From assembly GCA_964016885.1 (NCBI GenBank), contig OZ024740.1, positions 108,624,001 through 108,688,000 on the forward strand: a stretch of DNA of 64,000 bases, read 5' to 3'. Origin of the DNA: Eledone cirrhosa (taxonomy: Eukaryota). Of this stretch, positions 40,001 through 55,000 are shown one piece after another. Numbering within the stretch: position 1 is the first letter of the stretch; every line of letters begins with the position of its first letter. Made by a program: the position numbers and the translations under genes. The notes under the pieces were generated by a model. The model saw nothing but the letters and a program-made list of their open reading frames with translations. It had not been told where the DNA came from and did not search any database.

Positions 40001-43000
40001 ACATAGGCAGTGTCTTTCATTAGAAATATTGTAATGAAAGGGTTGATGACATAGGCAGTGTCTTTCATTAGAAATATAGTAATGAAAGGGTTGATGACAT
40101 AGGCAGTGTCTTCCATTAGAAATATTGTAATGAAAGGGTTGATGACATAGGCAGTGTCTTTCATTAGAAATATTGTACTGAATGGATTAATGACATAGGC
40201 AGTGTCTTTCATTAGAAGTATAGTAATGAAAGGGTTGATGACATAGGCAGTGTCTTTCATTAGAAATATAGTAATGAAAGGGTTGATGACATAAGCAGTG
40301 TCTTTCATTAGAAATATTGTAATGAAAGGGTTGATGACATAGGCAGTGTCATCATTAGAAATATAGTAATGAAAGGGTTGATGACATAGGCAGTGTCTTT
40401 CATTAGAAATATTGTACTGAATGGATGAATGACATAGGCAGTGTCATCATTAGAAATATTGTAATGAAAGGGTTGATGACATAGGCAGTGTCATCATTAG
40501 AAATATAGTACTTAAAGGGTTGATGACATGAGCAGTGTCTTTCATTAGAAATATTGTAATGAAAGGGTTGATGACATAGGCAGTGTCTTTCATTAGAAAT
40601 ATAGTAATGAAAGGGTTGATGACATAGGCAGTGTCTTTCATTAGAAATATTGTAATGAAAGGGTTGATGACATAGGCAGTGTCTTTCATTAGAAATATTG
40701 TACTGAATGGATTAATGACATAGGCAGTGTCATCATTAGAAATATTGTAATGAAATGGTTGATGACATAGGCAGTGTCATCATTAGAAATATAGTAATGA
40801 AAGGGTTGATGACATAGGCAGTATCATCATTAGAAATATAGTAATGAAAGGGTTGATGACATAGGCAGTGTCTTTCATTAGAAATATAGTAATGAAAGGG
40901 TTGAAGACATAGGCAGTGTCTTTCATTAGAAATATTGTACTGAATGGATTAATGACATAGGCAGTGTCTTTCATTAGAAATATTGTACTGAATGGATTAA
41001 TGACATAGGCAGTGTCATCATTAGAAATATAGTAATGAAAGGGTTGATGACATAGGCAGTGTCTTTCATTAGAAATATTGTACTGAATGGATTAATGACA
41101 TAGGCAGTGTCTTTCATTAGAAATATAGTAATGAAAGGGTTGATGACATAGGCAGTGTCATCATTAGAAATATAGTACTGAAAGGGTTGATGACATAAGC
41201 AGTGTCTTTCATTAGAAATATTGTAATGAAAGGGTTGATGACATAGGCAGTATCATCATTAGAAATATAGTAATGAAAGGGTTGATGACATAGGCAGTGT
41301 CTTTCATTAGAAATATTGTAATGAAAGGGTTGATGACATAGGCAGTGTCTTTCATTAGAAATATAGTAATGAAAGGGTTGATGACATAGGCAGTGTCTTT
41401 CATTAGAAATATAGTAATGAAAGGGTTGATGACATAGGCAGTATCTTTCATTAGAAATATAGTAATGAAAGGGTTGATGACATAGGCAGTGTCTTTCATT
41501 AGAAATATAGTAATGAAAGGGTTGATGACATAGGCAGTCTCTTTCATTAGAAATATAGTAATGAAAGGGTTGATGACATAGGCAGTGTCTTTCATATGAA
41601 AGGGTTGATGACATAGGCAGTGTCTTTCATTAGAAATATTGTAATGAAAGGGTTGATGACATAGGCAGTGTCTTTCATTAGAAATATTGTAGTGAAAGGG
41701 TTGATGACATAGGCAGTGTCTTTCATTAGAAATATTGTAATGAAAGGGTTGATGACATAGGCAGTGTCTTTCATTAGAAATATAGTAATGAAAGGGTTGA
41801 TGACATAGGCAGTGTCTTTCATTAGAAATATTGTAATGAAAGGGTTGATGACATAGGCAGTGTCTTTCATTAGAAATATTGTAGTGAAAGGGTTGATGAC
41901 ATAGGCAGTGTCTTTCATTAGAAATATTGTAATGAAAGGGTTGATGACATAGGCAGTGTCTTTCATTAGAAATATAGTAATGAAAGGGTTGATGACATAG
42001 GCAGTGTCTTTCATTAGAAATATTGTAATGAAAGGGTTGATGACATAGGCAGTGTCTTTCATTAGAAATATTGTAATGAAAGGGTTGATGACATAGGCAG
42101 TGTCTTTCATTAGAAATATTGTAATGAAAGGGTTGATGACATAGGCAGTGTCTTTCATTAGAAATATTGTACTGAATGGATTAATGACATAGGCAGTGTC
42201 TTTCATTAGAAATATAGTACTGAAAGGGTTGATGACATAGGCAGTATCATCATTAGAAATATAGTAATGAAAGGGTTGATGACATAGGCAGTGTCTTTCA
42301 TTAGAAATATTGTACTGAATGGATTAATGACATAGGCAGTGTCTTTCATTAGAAGTATAGTAATGAAAGGGTTGATGACATAGGCAGTGTCTTTCATTAG
42401 AAATATAGTAATGAAAGGGTTGATGACATAGGCAGTGTCATCATTAGAAATATAGTACTGAAAGGGTTGATGACATAAGCAGTGTCTTTCATTAGAAATA
42501 TTGTAATGAAAGGGTTGATGACATAGGCAGTATCATCATTAGAAATATAGTAATGAAAGGGTTGATGACATAGGCAGTGTCTTTCATTAGAAATATTGTA
42601 ATGAAAGGGTTGATGACATAGGCAGTGTCTTTCATTAGAAATATAGTAATGAAAGGGTTGATGACATAGGCAGTGTCTTTCATTAGAAATATAGTAATGA
42701 AAGGGTTGATGACATAGGCAGTGTCTTTCATTAGAAATATAGTTATGAAAGGGTTGATGACATAGGCAGTATCTTTCATTAGAAATATAGTAATGAAAGG
42801 GTTGATGACATAGGCAGTGTCTTTCATTAGAAATATAGTAATGAAAGGGTTGATGACATAGGCAGTCTCTTTCATTAGAAATATAGTAATGAAAGGGTTG
42901 ATGACATAGGCAGTGTCTTTCATATGAAAGGGTTGATGACATAGGCAGTGTCTTTCATTAGAAATATTGTAATGAAAGGGTTGATGACATAGGCAGTGTC

Positions 43001-46000
43001 TTTCATTAGAAATATTGTAGTGAAAGGGTTGATGACATAGGCAGTGTCTTTCATTAGAAATATTGTAATGAAAGGGTTGATGACATAGGCAGTGTCTTTC
43101 ATTAGAAATATAGTAATGAAAGGGTTGATGACATAGGCAGTGTCTTTCATTAGAAATATTGTAATGAAAGGGTTGATGACATAGGCAGTGTCTTTCATTA
43201 GAAATATGGTAATGAAAGGGTTGATGACATAGGCAGTGTCTTTCATTAGAAATATTGTAATGAAAGGGTTGATGACATAGGCAGTGTCTTTCATTAGAAA
43301 TATTGTACTGAATGGATTAATGACATAGGCAGTGTCTTTCATTAGAAATATAGTACTGAAAGGGTTGATGACATAGGCAGTATCATCATTAGAAATATAG
43401 TAATGAAAGGGTTGATGACATAGGCAGTGTCTTTCATTAGAAATATTGTACTGAATGGATTAATGACATAGGCAGTGTCTTTCATTAGAAGTATAGTAAT
43501 GAAAGGGTTGATGACATAGGCAGTGTCTTTCATTAGAAATATAGTAATGAAAGGGTTGATGACATAGGCAGTGTCTTTCATTAGAAATATTGTACTGAAT
43601 GGATTAATGACATAGGCAGTGTCTTTCATTAGAAATATAGTATTGAAAGGGTTGATGACATAGGCAGTGTCTTTCATTAGAAATATAGTAATGAAAGGGT
43701 TGATGACATAGGCAGTGTCTTTCATTAGAAATATAGTAATGAAAGGGTTGATGACATAGGCAGTGTCTTTCATTAGAAATATAGTAATGAAAGGGTTGAT
43801 GACATAGGCAGTGTCTTTCATTAGAAATATTGTACTGAATGGATTAATGACATAGGCAGTGTCTTTCATTAGAAATATAGTAATGAAAGGGTTGATGACA
43901 TAGGCAGTGTCATCATTAGAAATATAGTAATGAAAGGGTTGATGACATAGGCAGTGTCATCATTAGAAATATAGTAATGAAAGGGTTGATGACATAGGCA
44001 GTGTCTTTCATTAGAAATATTGTACTGAATGGATTAATGACATAGGCAGTGTCATCATTAGAAATATTGTAATGAAAGGGTTGATGACATAGGCAGTGTC
44101 ATCATTAGAAATATAGTACTGAAAGGGTTGATGACATAAGCAGTGTCTTTCATTAGAAATATAGTAATGTAAGGGTTGATGACATAGGCAGTGTCATCAT
44201 TAGAAATATAGTAATGAAAGGGTTGATGACATAGGCAGTGTCTTTCATTAGAAATATTGTAATGAATGGATTAATGACATAGGCAGTGTCATCATTAGAA
44301 ATATTGTAATGAAATGGTTGATGACATAGGCAGTATCATCATTAGAAATATAGTAATGAAAGGGTTGATGACATAGGCAGTGTCTTTCATTAGAAATATT
44401 GTACTGAATGGATTAATGACATAGGCAGTGTCTTTCATTAGAAATATAGTATTGAAAGGGTTGATGACATAGGCAGTGTCTTTCATTAGAAATATAGTAA
44501 TGAAAGGGTTGATGACATAGGCAGTATCATCATTAGAAATATAGTAATGAAAGGGTTGATGACATAGGCAGTGTCTTTCATTAGAAATATTGTAATGAAA
44601 GGGTTGATGACATAGGCAGTGTCTTTCATTAGAAATATAGTAATGAAAGGGTTGATGACATAGGCAGTGTCTTTCATTAGAAATATAGTAATGAAAGGGT
44701 TGATGACATAGGCTGTGTCTTTCATTAGAAATATTGTAATGAAAAGGTTGATGACATAGGCAGTGTCTTTCATTAGAAATATAGTAATGAAAGGGTTGAT
44801 GACATTTGCAGTGTCTTTCATTAGAAATATAGTAATGAAAGGGTTAATGACATAGGCAGTGTCTTTCATTAGAAATGAGGTAAGTAAAGGGTTGATGACA
44901 TAGGCAGTGTCTTTCATTAGAAATATTGTAATGAATGGATTAATGACATAGGCAATGTCATCATTAGAAATATTGTAATGCAAGGGTTCATGACATAGGC
45001 AGTGCCTTTCATTAGAAATGAGGTAAGTAAAGGGTTGATGACATAGGCAGTGTCTTTCATTAGAAATATTGTACTGAATGGATTAATGACATAGGCAGTG
45101 TCATCATTAGAAATATTGTAATGAAAGGGTTGATGACATAGGCAGTGTCATCATTAGAAATATAGTAATGAAAGGGTTGATGACATAGGCAGTGTCTTTC
45201 ATTAGAAATATTGTACTGAATGGATTAATGACATAGGCAGTGTCATCATTAGAAATATTGTAATGAAAGGGTTGATGACATAGGCAGTGTAATCATTAGA
45301 AATATAGTACTGAAAGGGTTGATGACATAAGCAGTGTCTTTCATTAGAAATATTGTAATGAAAGGGTTGATGACATAGGCAGTATCATCATTAGAAATAT
45401 AGTAATGAAAGGGTTGATGACATAGGCAGTGTCTTTCATTAGAAATATAGTAATGAAAGGGTTGATGACATAGGCAGTATCTTTCATTAGAAATATAGTA
45501 ATGAAAGGGTTGATGACATAGGCAGTGTCTTTCATTAGAAATATAGTAATGAAAGGTTTGATGACATAGGCAGTATCTTTCATTAGAAATATAGTAATGA
45601 AAGGGTTGATGACATAGGCAGTGTCTTTCATTAGAAATATAGTACTGAAAGGGTTGATGACATAGGCAGTGTCTTTCATTAGAAATATAGTAATGAAAGG
45701 GTTGATGACATAGGCAGTGTCTTTCATTAGAAATATAGTAATGAAAGGGTTGATGACATAGGCAGTGTCTTTCATTAGAAATATAGTAATGAAAGGGTTG
45801 ATGACATAGGCAGTCTCTTTCATTAGAAATATAGTAATGAAAGGGTTGATGACATAGGCAGTGTCTTTCATATGAAAGGGTTGATGACATAGGCAGTGTC
45901 TTTCATTAGAAATATTGTAATGAAAGGGTTGATGACATAGGCAGTGTCTTTCATTAGAAATATTGTAGTGAAAGGGTTGATGACATAGGCAGTGTCTTTC

Positions 46001-49000
46001 ATTAGAAATATTGTAATGAAAGGGTTGATGACATAGGCAGTGTCTTTCATTAGAAATATAGTAATGAAAGGGTTGATGACATAGGCAGTGTCTTTCATTA
46101 GAAATATTGTAATGAAAGGGTTGATGACATAGGCAGTGTCTTTCATTAGAAATATGGTAATGAAAGGGTTGATGACATAGGCAGTGTCTTTCATTAGAAA
46201 TATTGTAATGAAAGGGTTGATGACATAGGCAGTGTCTTTCATTAGAAATATTGTACTGAATGGATTAATGACATAGGCAGTGTCTTTCATTAGAAATATA
46301 GTACTGAAAGGGTTGATGACATAGGCAGTATCATCATTAGAAATATAGTAATGAAAGGGTTGATGACATAGGCAGTGTCTTTCATTAGAAATATTGTACT
46401 GAATGGATTAATGACATAGGCAGTGTCTTTCATTAGAAGTATAGTAATGAAAGGGTTGATGACATAGGCAGTGTCTTTCATTAGAAATATAGTAATGAAA
46501 GGGTTGATGACATAGGCAGTGTCTTTCATTAGAAATATTGTACTGAATGGATTAATGACATAGGCAGTGTCTTTCATTAGAAATATAGTATTGAAAGGGT
46601 TGATGACATAGGCAGTGTCTTTCATTAGAAATATAGTAATGAAAGGGTTGATGACATAGGCAGTGTCTTTCATTAGAAATATTGTAATGAAAGGGTTGAT
46701 GACATAGGCAGTGTCTTTCATTAGAAATATAGTAATGAAAGGGTTGATGACATAGGCAGTGTCTTTCATTAGAAATATAGTAATGAAAGGGTTGATGACA
46801 TAGGCAGTGTCTTTCATTAGAAATATTGTACTGAATGGATTAATGACATAGGCAGTGTCTTTCATTAGAAATATAGTAATGAAAGGGTTGATGACATAGG
46901 CAGTGTCATCATTAGAAATATAGTAATGAAAGGGTTGATGACATAGGCAGTGTCATCATTAGAAATATAGTAATGAAAGGGTTGATGACATAGGCAGTGT
47001 CTTTCATTAGAAATATTGTACTGAATGGATTAATGACATAGGCAGTGTCATCATTAGAAATATTGTAATGAAAGGGTTGATGACATAGGCAGTGTCATCA
47101 TTAGAAATATAGTACTGAAAGGGTTGATGACATAAGCAGTGTCTTTCATTAGAAATATAGTAATGTAAGGGTTGATGACATAGGCAGTGTCATCATTAGA
47201 AATATAGTAATGAAAGGGTTGATGACATAGGCAGTGTCTTTCATTAGAAATATTGTAATGAATGGATTAATGACATAGGCAGTGTCATCATTAGAAATAT
47301 TGTAATGAAATGGTTGATGACATAGGCAGTATCATCATTAGAAATATAGTAATGAAAGGGTTGATGACATAGGCAGTGTCTTTCATTAGAAATATTGTAC
47401 TGAATGGATTAATGACATAGGCAGTGTCTTTCATTAGAAATATAGTATTGAAAGGGTTGATGACATAGGCAGTGTCTTTCATTAGAAATATAGTAATGAA
47501 AGGGTTGATGACATAGGCAGTATCATCATTAGAAATATAGTAATGAAAGGGTTGATGACATAGGCAGTGTCTTTCATTAGAAATATTGTAATGAAAGGGT
47601 TGATGACATAGGCAGTGTCTTTCATTAGAAATATAGTAATGAAAGGGTTGATGACATAGGCAGTGTCTTTCATTAGAAATATAGTAATGAAAGGGTTGAT
47701 GACATAGGCTGTGTCTTTCATTAGAAATATTGTAATGAAAAGGTTGATGACATAGGCAGTGTCTTTCATTAGAAATATAGTAATGAAAGGGTTGATGACA
47801 TTTGCAGTGTCTTTCATTAGAAATATAGTAATGAAAGGGTTAATGACATAGGCAGTGTCTTTCATTAGAAATGAGGTAAGTAAAGGGTTGATGACATAGG
47901 CAGTGTCTTTCATTAGAAATATTGTAATGAATGGATTAATGACATAGGCAATGTCATCATTAGAAATATTGTAATGCAAGGGTTCATGACATAGGCAGTG
48001 CCTTTCATTAGAAATGAGGTAAGTAAAGGGTTGATGACATAGGCAGTGTCTTTCATTAGAAATATTGTACTGAATGGATTAATGACATAGGCAGTGTCAT
48101 CATTAGAAATATTGTAATGAAAGGGTTGATGACATAGGCAGTGTCATCATTAGAAATATAGTAATGAAAGGGTTGATGACATAGGCAGTGTCTTTCATTA
48201 GAAATATTGTACTGAATGGATTAATGACATAGGCAGTGTCATCATTAGAAATATTGTAATGAAAGGGTTGATGACATAGGCAGTGTAATCATTAGAAATA
48301 TAGTACTGAAAGGGTTGATGACATAAGCAGTGTCTTTCATTAGAAATATTGTAATGAAAGGGTTGATGACATAGGCAGTATCATCATTAGAAATATAGTA
48401 ATGAAAGGGTTGATGACATAGGCAGTGTCTTTCATTAGAAATATAGTAATGAAAGGGTTGATGACATAGGCAGTATCTTTCATTAGAAATATAGTAATGA
48501 AAGGGTTGATGACATAGGCAGTGTCTTTCATTAGAAATATAGTAATGAAAGGTTTGATGACATAGGCAGTATCTTTCATTAGAAATATAGTAATGAAAGG
48601 GTTGATGACATAGGCAGTGTCTTTCATTAGAAATATAGTACTGAAAGGGTTGATGACATAGGCAGTGTCTTTCATTAGAAATATAGTAATGAAAGGGTTG
48701 ATGACATAGGCAGTGTCTTTCATTAGAAATATAGTAATGAAAGGGTTGATGACATAGGCAGTGTCTTTCATTAGAAATATAGTAATGAAAGGGTTGATGA
48801 CATAGGCAGTATCTTTCATTAGAAATATAGTAATGAAAGGGTTGATGACATAGGCAGTGTCTTTCATTAGAAATATAGTAATGAAAGGGTTGATGACATA
48901 GGCAGTCTCTTTCATTAGAAATATAGTAATGAAAGGGTTGATGACATAGGCAGTGTCTTTCATATGAAAGGGTTGATGACATAGGCAGTGTCTTTCATTA

Positions 49001-52000
49001 GAAATATTGTAATGAAAGGGTTGATGACATAGGCAGTGTCTTTCATTAGAAATATTGTAGTGAAAGGGTTGATGACATAGGCAGTGTCTTTCATTAGAAA
49101 TATTGTAATGAAAGGGTTGATGACATAGGCAGTGTCTTTCATTAGAAATATAGTAATGAAAGGGTTGATGACATAGGCAGTGTCTTTCATTAGAAATATT
49201 GTAATGAAAGGGTTGATGACATAGGCAGTGTCTTTCATTAGAAATATTGTAATGAAAGGGTTGATGACATAGGCAGTGTCTTTCATTAGAAATATTGTAA
49301 TGAAAGGGTTGATGACATAGGCAGTGTCTTTCATTAGAAATATTGTACTGAATGGATTAATGACATAGGCAGTGTCTTTCATTAGAAATATAGTACTGAA
49401 AGGGTTGATGACATAGGCAGTATCATCATTAGAAATATAGTAATGAAAGGGTTGATGACATAGGCAGTGTCTTTCATTAGAAATATTGTACTGAATGGAT
49501 TAATGACATAGGCAGTGTCTTTCATTAGAAGTATAGTAATGAAAGGGTTGATGACATAGGCAGTGTCTTTCATTAGAAATATAGTAATGAAAGGGTTGAT
49601 GACATAGGCAGTGTCTTTCATTAGAAATATTGTACTGAATGGATTAATGACATAGGCAGTGTCTTTCATTAGAAATATAGTATTGAAAGGGTTGATGACA
49701 TAGGCAGTGTCTTTCATTAGAAATATAGTAATGAAAGGGTTGATGACATAGGCAGTATCATCATTAGAAGTATAGTAATGAAAGGGTTGATGACATAGGC
49801 AGTGTCTTTCATTAGAAATATTGTAATGAAAGGGTTGATGACATAGGCAGTGTCTTTCATTAGAAATATAGTAATGAAAGGGTTGATGACATAGGCAGTG
49901 TCTTTCATTAGAAATATAGTAATGAAAGGGTTGATGACATAGGCTGTGTCTTTCATTAGAAATATTGTAATGAAAAGGTTGATGACATAGGCAGTGTCTT
50001 TCATTAGAAATATAGTAATGAAAGGGTTAATGACATAGGCAGTGTCTTTCATTAGAAATGAGGTAAGTAAAGGGTTGATGACATAGGCAGTGTCTTTCAT
50101 TAGAAATATTGTAATGAATGGATTAATGACATAGGCAATGTCATCATTAGAAATATTGTAATGCAAGGGTTCATGACATAGGCAGTGCCTTTCATTAGAA
50201 ATGAGGTAAGTAAAGGGTTGATGACATAGGCAGTGTCTTTCATTAGAAATATTGTACTGAATGGATTAATGACATAGGCAGTGTCATCATTAGAAATATT
50301 GTAATGAAAGGGTTGATGACATAGGCAGTGTCATCATTAGAAATATAGTAATGAAAGGGTTGATGACATAGGCAGTGTCTTTCATTAGAAATATTGTACT
50401 GAATGGATTAATGACATAGGCAGTGTCATCATTAGAAATATAGTACTGAAAGTGTTGATGACATAAGCAGTGTCTTTCATTAGAAATATTGTAATGAAAG
50501 GGTTGATGACATAGGCAGTGTCATCATTAGAAATATAGTAATGAAAGGGTTGATGACATAGGCAGTGTCTTTCATTAGAAATATTGTAATGAAAGGGTTG
50601 ATGACATAGGCAGTGTCTTTCATTAGAAATATTGTACTGAATGGATTAATGACATAGGCAGTGTCATCATTAGAAATATTGTAATGAAATGGTTGATGAC
50701 ATAGGCAGTGTCATCATTAGAAATATAGTAATGAAAGGGTTGATGACATAGGCAGTATCACCATTAGAAATATAGTAATGAAAGGGTTGATGACATAGGC
50801 AGTGTCTTTCATTAGAAATATTGTACTGAATGGATTAATGACATAGGCAGTGTCTTTCATTAGAAATATAGTAATGAAAGGGTTGATGACATAGGCAGTG
50901 TCATCATTAGAAATATAGTAATGAAAGGGTTGATGACATAGGCAGTGTCATCATTAGAAATATAGTAATGAAAGGGTTGATGACATAGGCAGTGTCTTTC
51001 ATTAGAAATATTGTACTGAATGGATTAATGACATAGGCAGTGTCATCATTAGAAATATTGTAATGAAAGGGTTGATGACATAGGCAGTGTCATCATTAGA
51101 AATATAGTACTGAAAGGGTTGATGACATAAGCAGTGTCTTTCATTAGAAATATAGTAATGAAAGGGTTGATGACATAGGCAGTGTCATCATTAGAAATAT
51201 AGTAATGAAAGGGTTGATGACATAGGCAGTGTCTTTCATTAGAAATATTGTAATGAATGGATTAATGACATAGGCAGTGTCATCATTAGAAATATTGTAA
51301 TGAAATGGTTGATGACATAGGCAGTATCATCATTAGAAATATAGTAATGAAAGGGTTGATGACATAGGCAGTGTCTTTCATTAGAAATATTGTACTGAAT
51401 GGATTAATGACATAGGCAGTGTCTTTCATGAGAAATATAGTATTGAAAGGGTTGATGACATAGGCAGTGTCTTTCATTAGAAATATAGTAATGAAAGGGT
51501 TGATGACATAGGCAGTATCATCATTAGAAATATAGTAATGAAAGGGTTGATGACATAGGCAGTGTCTTTCATTAGAAATATTGTAATGAAAGGGTTGATG
51601 ACATAGGCAGTGTCTTTCATTAGAAATATAGTAATGAAAGGGTTGATGACATAGGCAGTGTCTTTCATTAGAAATATAGTAATGAAAGGGTTGATGACAT
51701 AGGCTGTGTCTTTCATTAGAAATATTGTAATGAAAAGGTTGATGACATAGGCAGTGTCTTTCATTAGAAATATAGTAATGAAAGGGTTGATGACATTTGC
51801 AGTGTCTTTCATTAGAAATATAGTAATGAAAGGGTTAATGACATAGGCAGTGTCTTTCATTAGAAATGAGGTAAGTAAAGGGTTGATGACATAGGCAGTG
51901 TCTTTCATTAGAAATATTGTAATGAATGGATTTATGACATAGGCAATGTCATCATTAGAAATATTGTAATGCAAGGGTTCATGACATAGGCAGTGCCTTT

Positions 52001-55000
52001 CATTAGAAATGAGGTAAGTAAAGGGTTGATGACATAGGCAGTGTCTTTCATTAGAAATATTGTACTGAATGGATTAATGACATAGGCAGTGTCATCATTA
52101 GAAATATAGTACTGAAAGGGTTGATGACATAAGCAGTGTCTTTCATTAGAAATATTGTAATGAAAGGGTTGATGACATAGGCAGTGTCATCATTAGAAAT
52201 ATAGTAATGAAAGGGTTGATGACATAGGCAGTGTCTTTCATTAGAAATATTGTAATGAAAGGGTTGATGACATAGGCAGTGTCTTTCATTAGAAATATTG
52301 TACTGAATGGATTAATGACATAGGCAGTGTCATCATTAGAAATATTGTAATGAAATGGTTGATGACATAGGCAGTGTCATCATTAGAAATATAGTAATGA
52401 AAGGGTTGATGACATAGGCAGTATCATCATTAGAAATATAGTAATGAAAGGGTTGATGACATAGGCAGTGTCTTTCATTAGAAATATAGTAATGAAAGGG
52501 TTGATGACATAGGCAGTGTCTTTCATTAGAAATATTGTACTGAATGGATTAATGACATAGGCAGTGTCTTTCATTAGAAATATAGTAATGAAAGGGTTGA
52601 TGACATAGGCAGTGTCATCATTAGAAATATAGTAATGAAAGGGTTGATGACATAGGCAGTGTCATCATTAGAAATATAGTAATGAAAGGGTTGATGACAT
52701 AGGCAGTGTCTTTCATTAGAAATATTGTACTGAATGGATTAATGACATAGGCAGTGTCATCATTAGAAATATTGTAATGAAAGGGTTGATGACATAGGCA
52801 GTGTCATCATTAGAAATATAGTACTGAAAGGGTTGATGACATAAGCAGTGTCTTTCATTAGAAATATAGTAATGAAAGGGTTGATGACATAGGCAGTGTC
52901 ATCATTAGAAATATAGTAATGAAAGGGTTGATGACATAGGCAGTGTCTTTCATTAGAAATATTGTAATGAATGGATTAATGACATAGGCAGTGTCATCAT
53001 TAGAAATATTGTAATGAAATGGTTGATGACATAGGCAGTATCATCATTAGAAATATAGTAATGAAAGGGTTGATGACATAGGCAGTGTCTTTCATTAGAA
53101 ATATTGTACTGAATGGATTAATGACATAGGCAGTGTCTTTCATGAGAAATATAGTATTGAAAGGGTTGATGACATAGGCAGTGTCTTTCATTAGAAATAT
53201 AGTAATGAAAGGGTTGATGACATAGGCAGTATCATCATTAGAAATATAGTAATGAAAGGGTTGATGACATAGGCAGTGTCTTTCATTAGAAATATAGTAG
53301 TGAAAGGGTTAATGACATAGGCAGTGTCTTTCATTAGAAATGAGGTAAGTAAAGGGTTGATGACATAGGCAGTGTCTTTCATTAGAAATATTGTAATGAA
53401 TGGATTAATGACATAGGCAATGTCATCATTAGAAATATTGTAATGCAAGGGTTCATGACATAGGCAGTGCCTTTCATTAGAAATGAGGTAAGTAAAGGGT
53501 TGATGACATAGGCAGTGTCTTTCATTAGAAATATTGTACTGAATGGATTAATGACATAGGCAGTGTCATCATTAGAAATATTGTAATGAAAGGGTTGATG
53601 ACATAGGCAGTGTCATCATTAGAAATATAGTAATGAAAGGGTTGATGACATAGGCAGTGTCTTTCATTAGAAATATTGTACTGAATGGATTAATGACATA
53701 GGCAGTGTCATCATTAGAAATATAGTACTGAAAGTGTTGATGACATAAGCAGTGTCTTTCATTAGAAATATTGTAATGAAAGGGTTGATGACATAGGCAG
53801 TGTCATCATTAGAAATATAGTAATGAAAGGGTTGATGACATAGGCAGTGTCTTTCATTAGAAATATTGTAATGAAAGGGTTGATGACATAGGCAGTGTCT
53901 TTCATTAGAAATATTGTACTGAATGGATTAATGACATAGGCAGTGTCATCATTAGAAATATTGTAATGAAATGGTTGATGACATAGGCAGTGTCATCATT
54001 AGAAATATAGTAATGAAAGGGTTGATGACATAGGCAGTATCACCATTAGAAATATAGTAATGAAAGGGTTGATGACATAGGCAGTGTCTTTCATTAGAAA
54101 TATTGTACTGAATGGATTAATGACATAGGCAGTGTCTTTCATTAGAAATATAGTAATGAAAGGGTTGATGACATAGGCAGTGTCATCATTAGAAATATAG
54201 TAATGAAAGGGTTGATGACATAGGCAGTGTCATCATTAGAAATATAGTAATGAAAGGGTTGATGACATAGGCAGTGTCTTTCATTAGAAATATTGTACTG
54301 AATGGATTAATGACATAGGCAGTGTCATCATTAGAAATATTGTAATGAAAGGGTTGATGACATAGGCAGTGTCATCATTAGAAATATAGTACTGAAAGGG
54401 TTGATGACATAAGCAGTGTCTTTCATTAGAAATATAGTAATGAAAGGGTTGATGACATAGGCAGTGTCATCATTAGAAATATAGTAATGAAAGGGTTGAT
54501 GACATAGGCAGTGTCTTTCATTAGAAATATTGTAATGAATGGATTAATGACATAGGCAGTGTCATCATTAGAAATATTGTAATGAAATGGTTGATGACAT
54601 AGGCAGTATCATCATTAGAAATATAGTAATGAAAGGGTTGATGACATAGGCAGTGTCTTTCATTAGAAATATTGTACTGAATGGATTAATGACATAGGCA
54701 GTGTCTTTCATGAGAAATATAGTATTGAAAGGGTTGATGACATAGGCAGTGTCTTTCATTAGAAATATAGTAATGAAAGGGTTGATGACATAGGCAGTAT
54801 CATCATTAGAAATATAGTAATGAAAGGGTTGATGACATAGGCAGTGTCTTTCATTAGAAATATTGTAATGAAAGGGTTGATGACATAGGCAGTGTCTTTC
54901 ATTAGAAATATAGTAATGAAAGGGTTGATGACATAGGCAGTGTCTTTCATTAGAAATATAGTAATGAAAGGGTTGATGACATAGGCTGTGTCTTTCATTA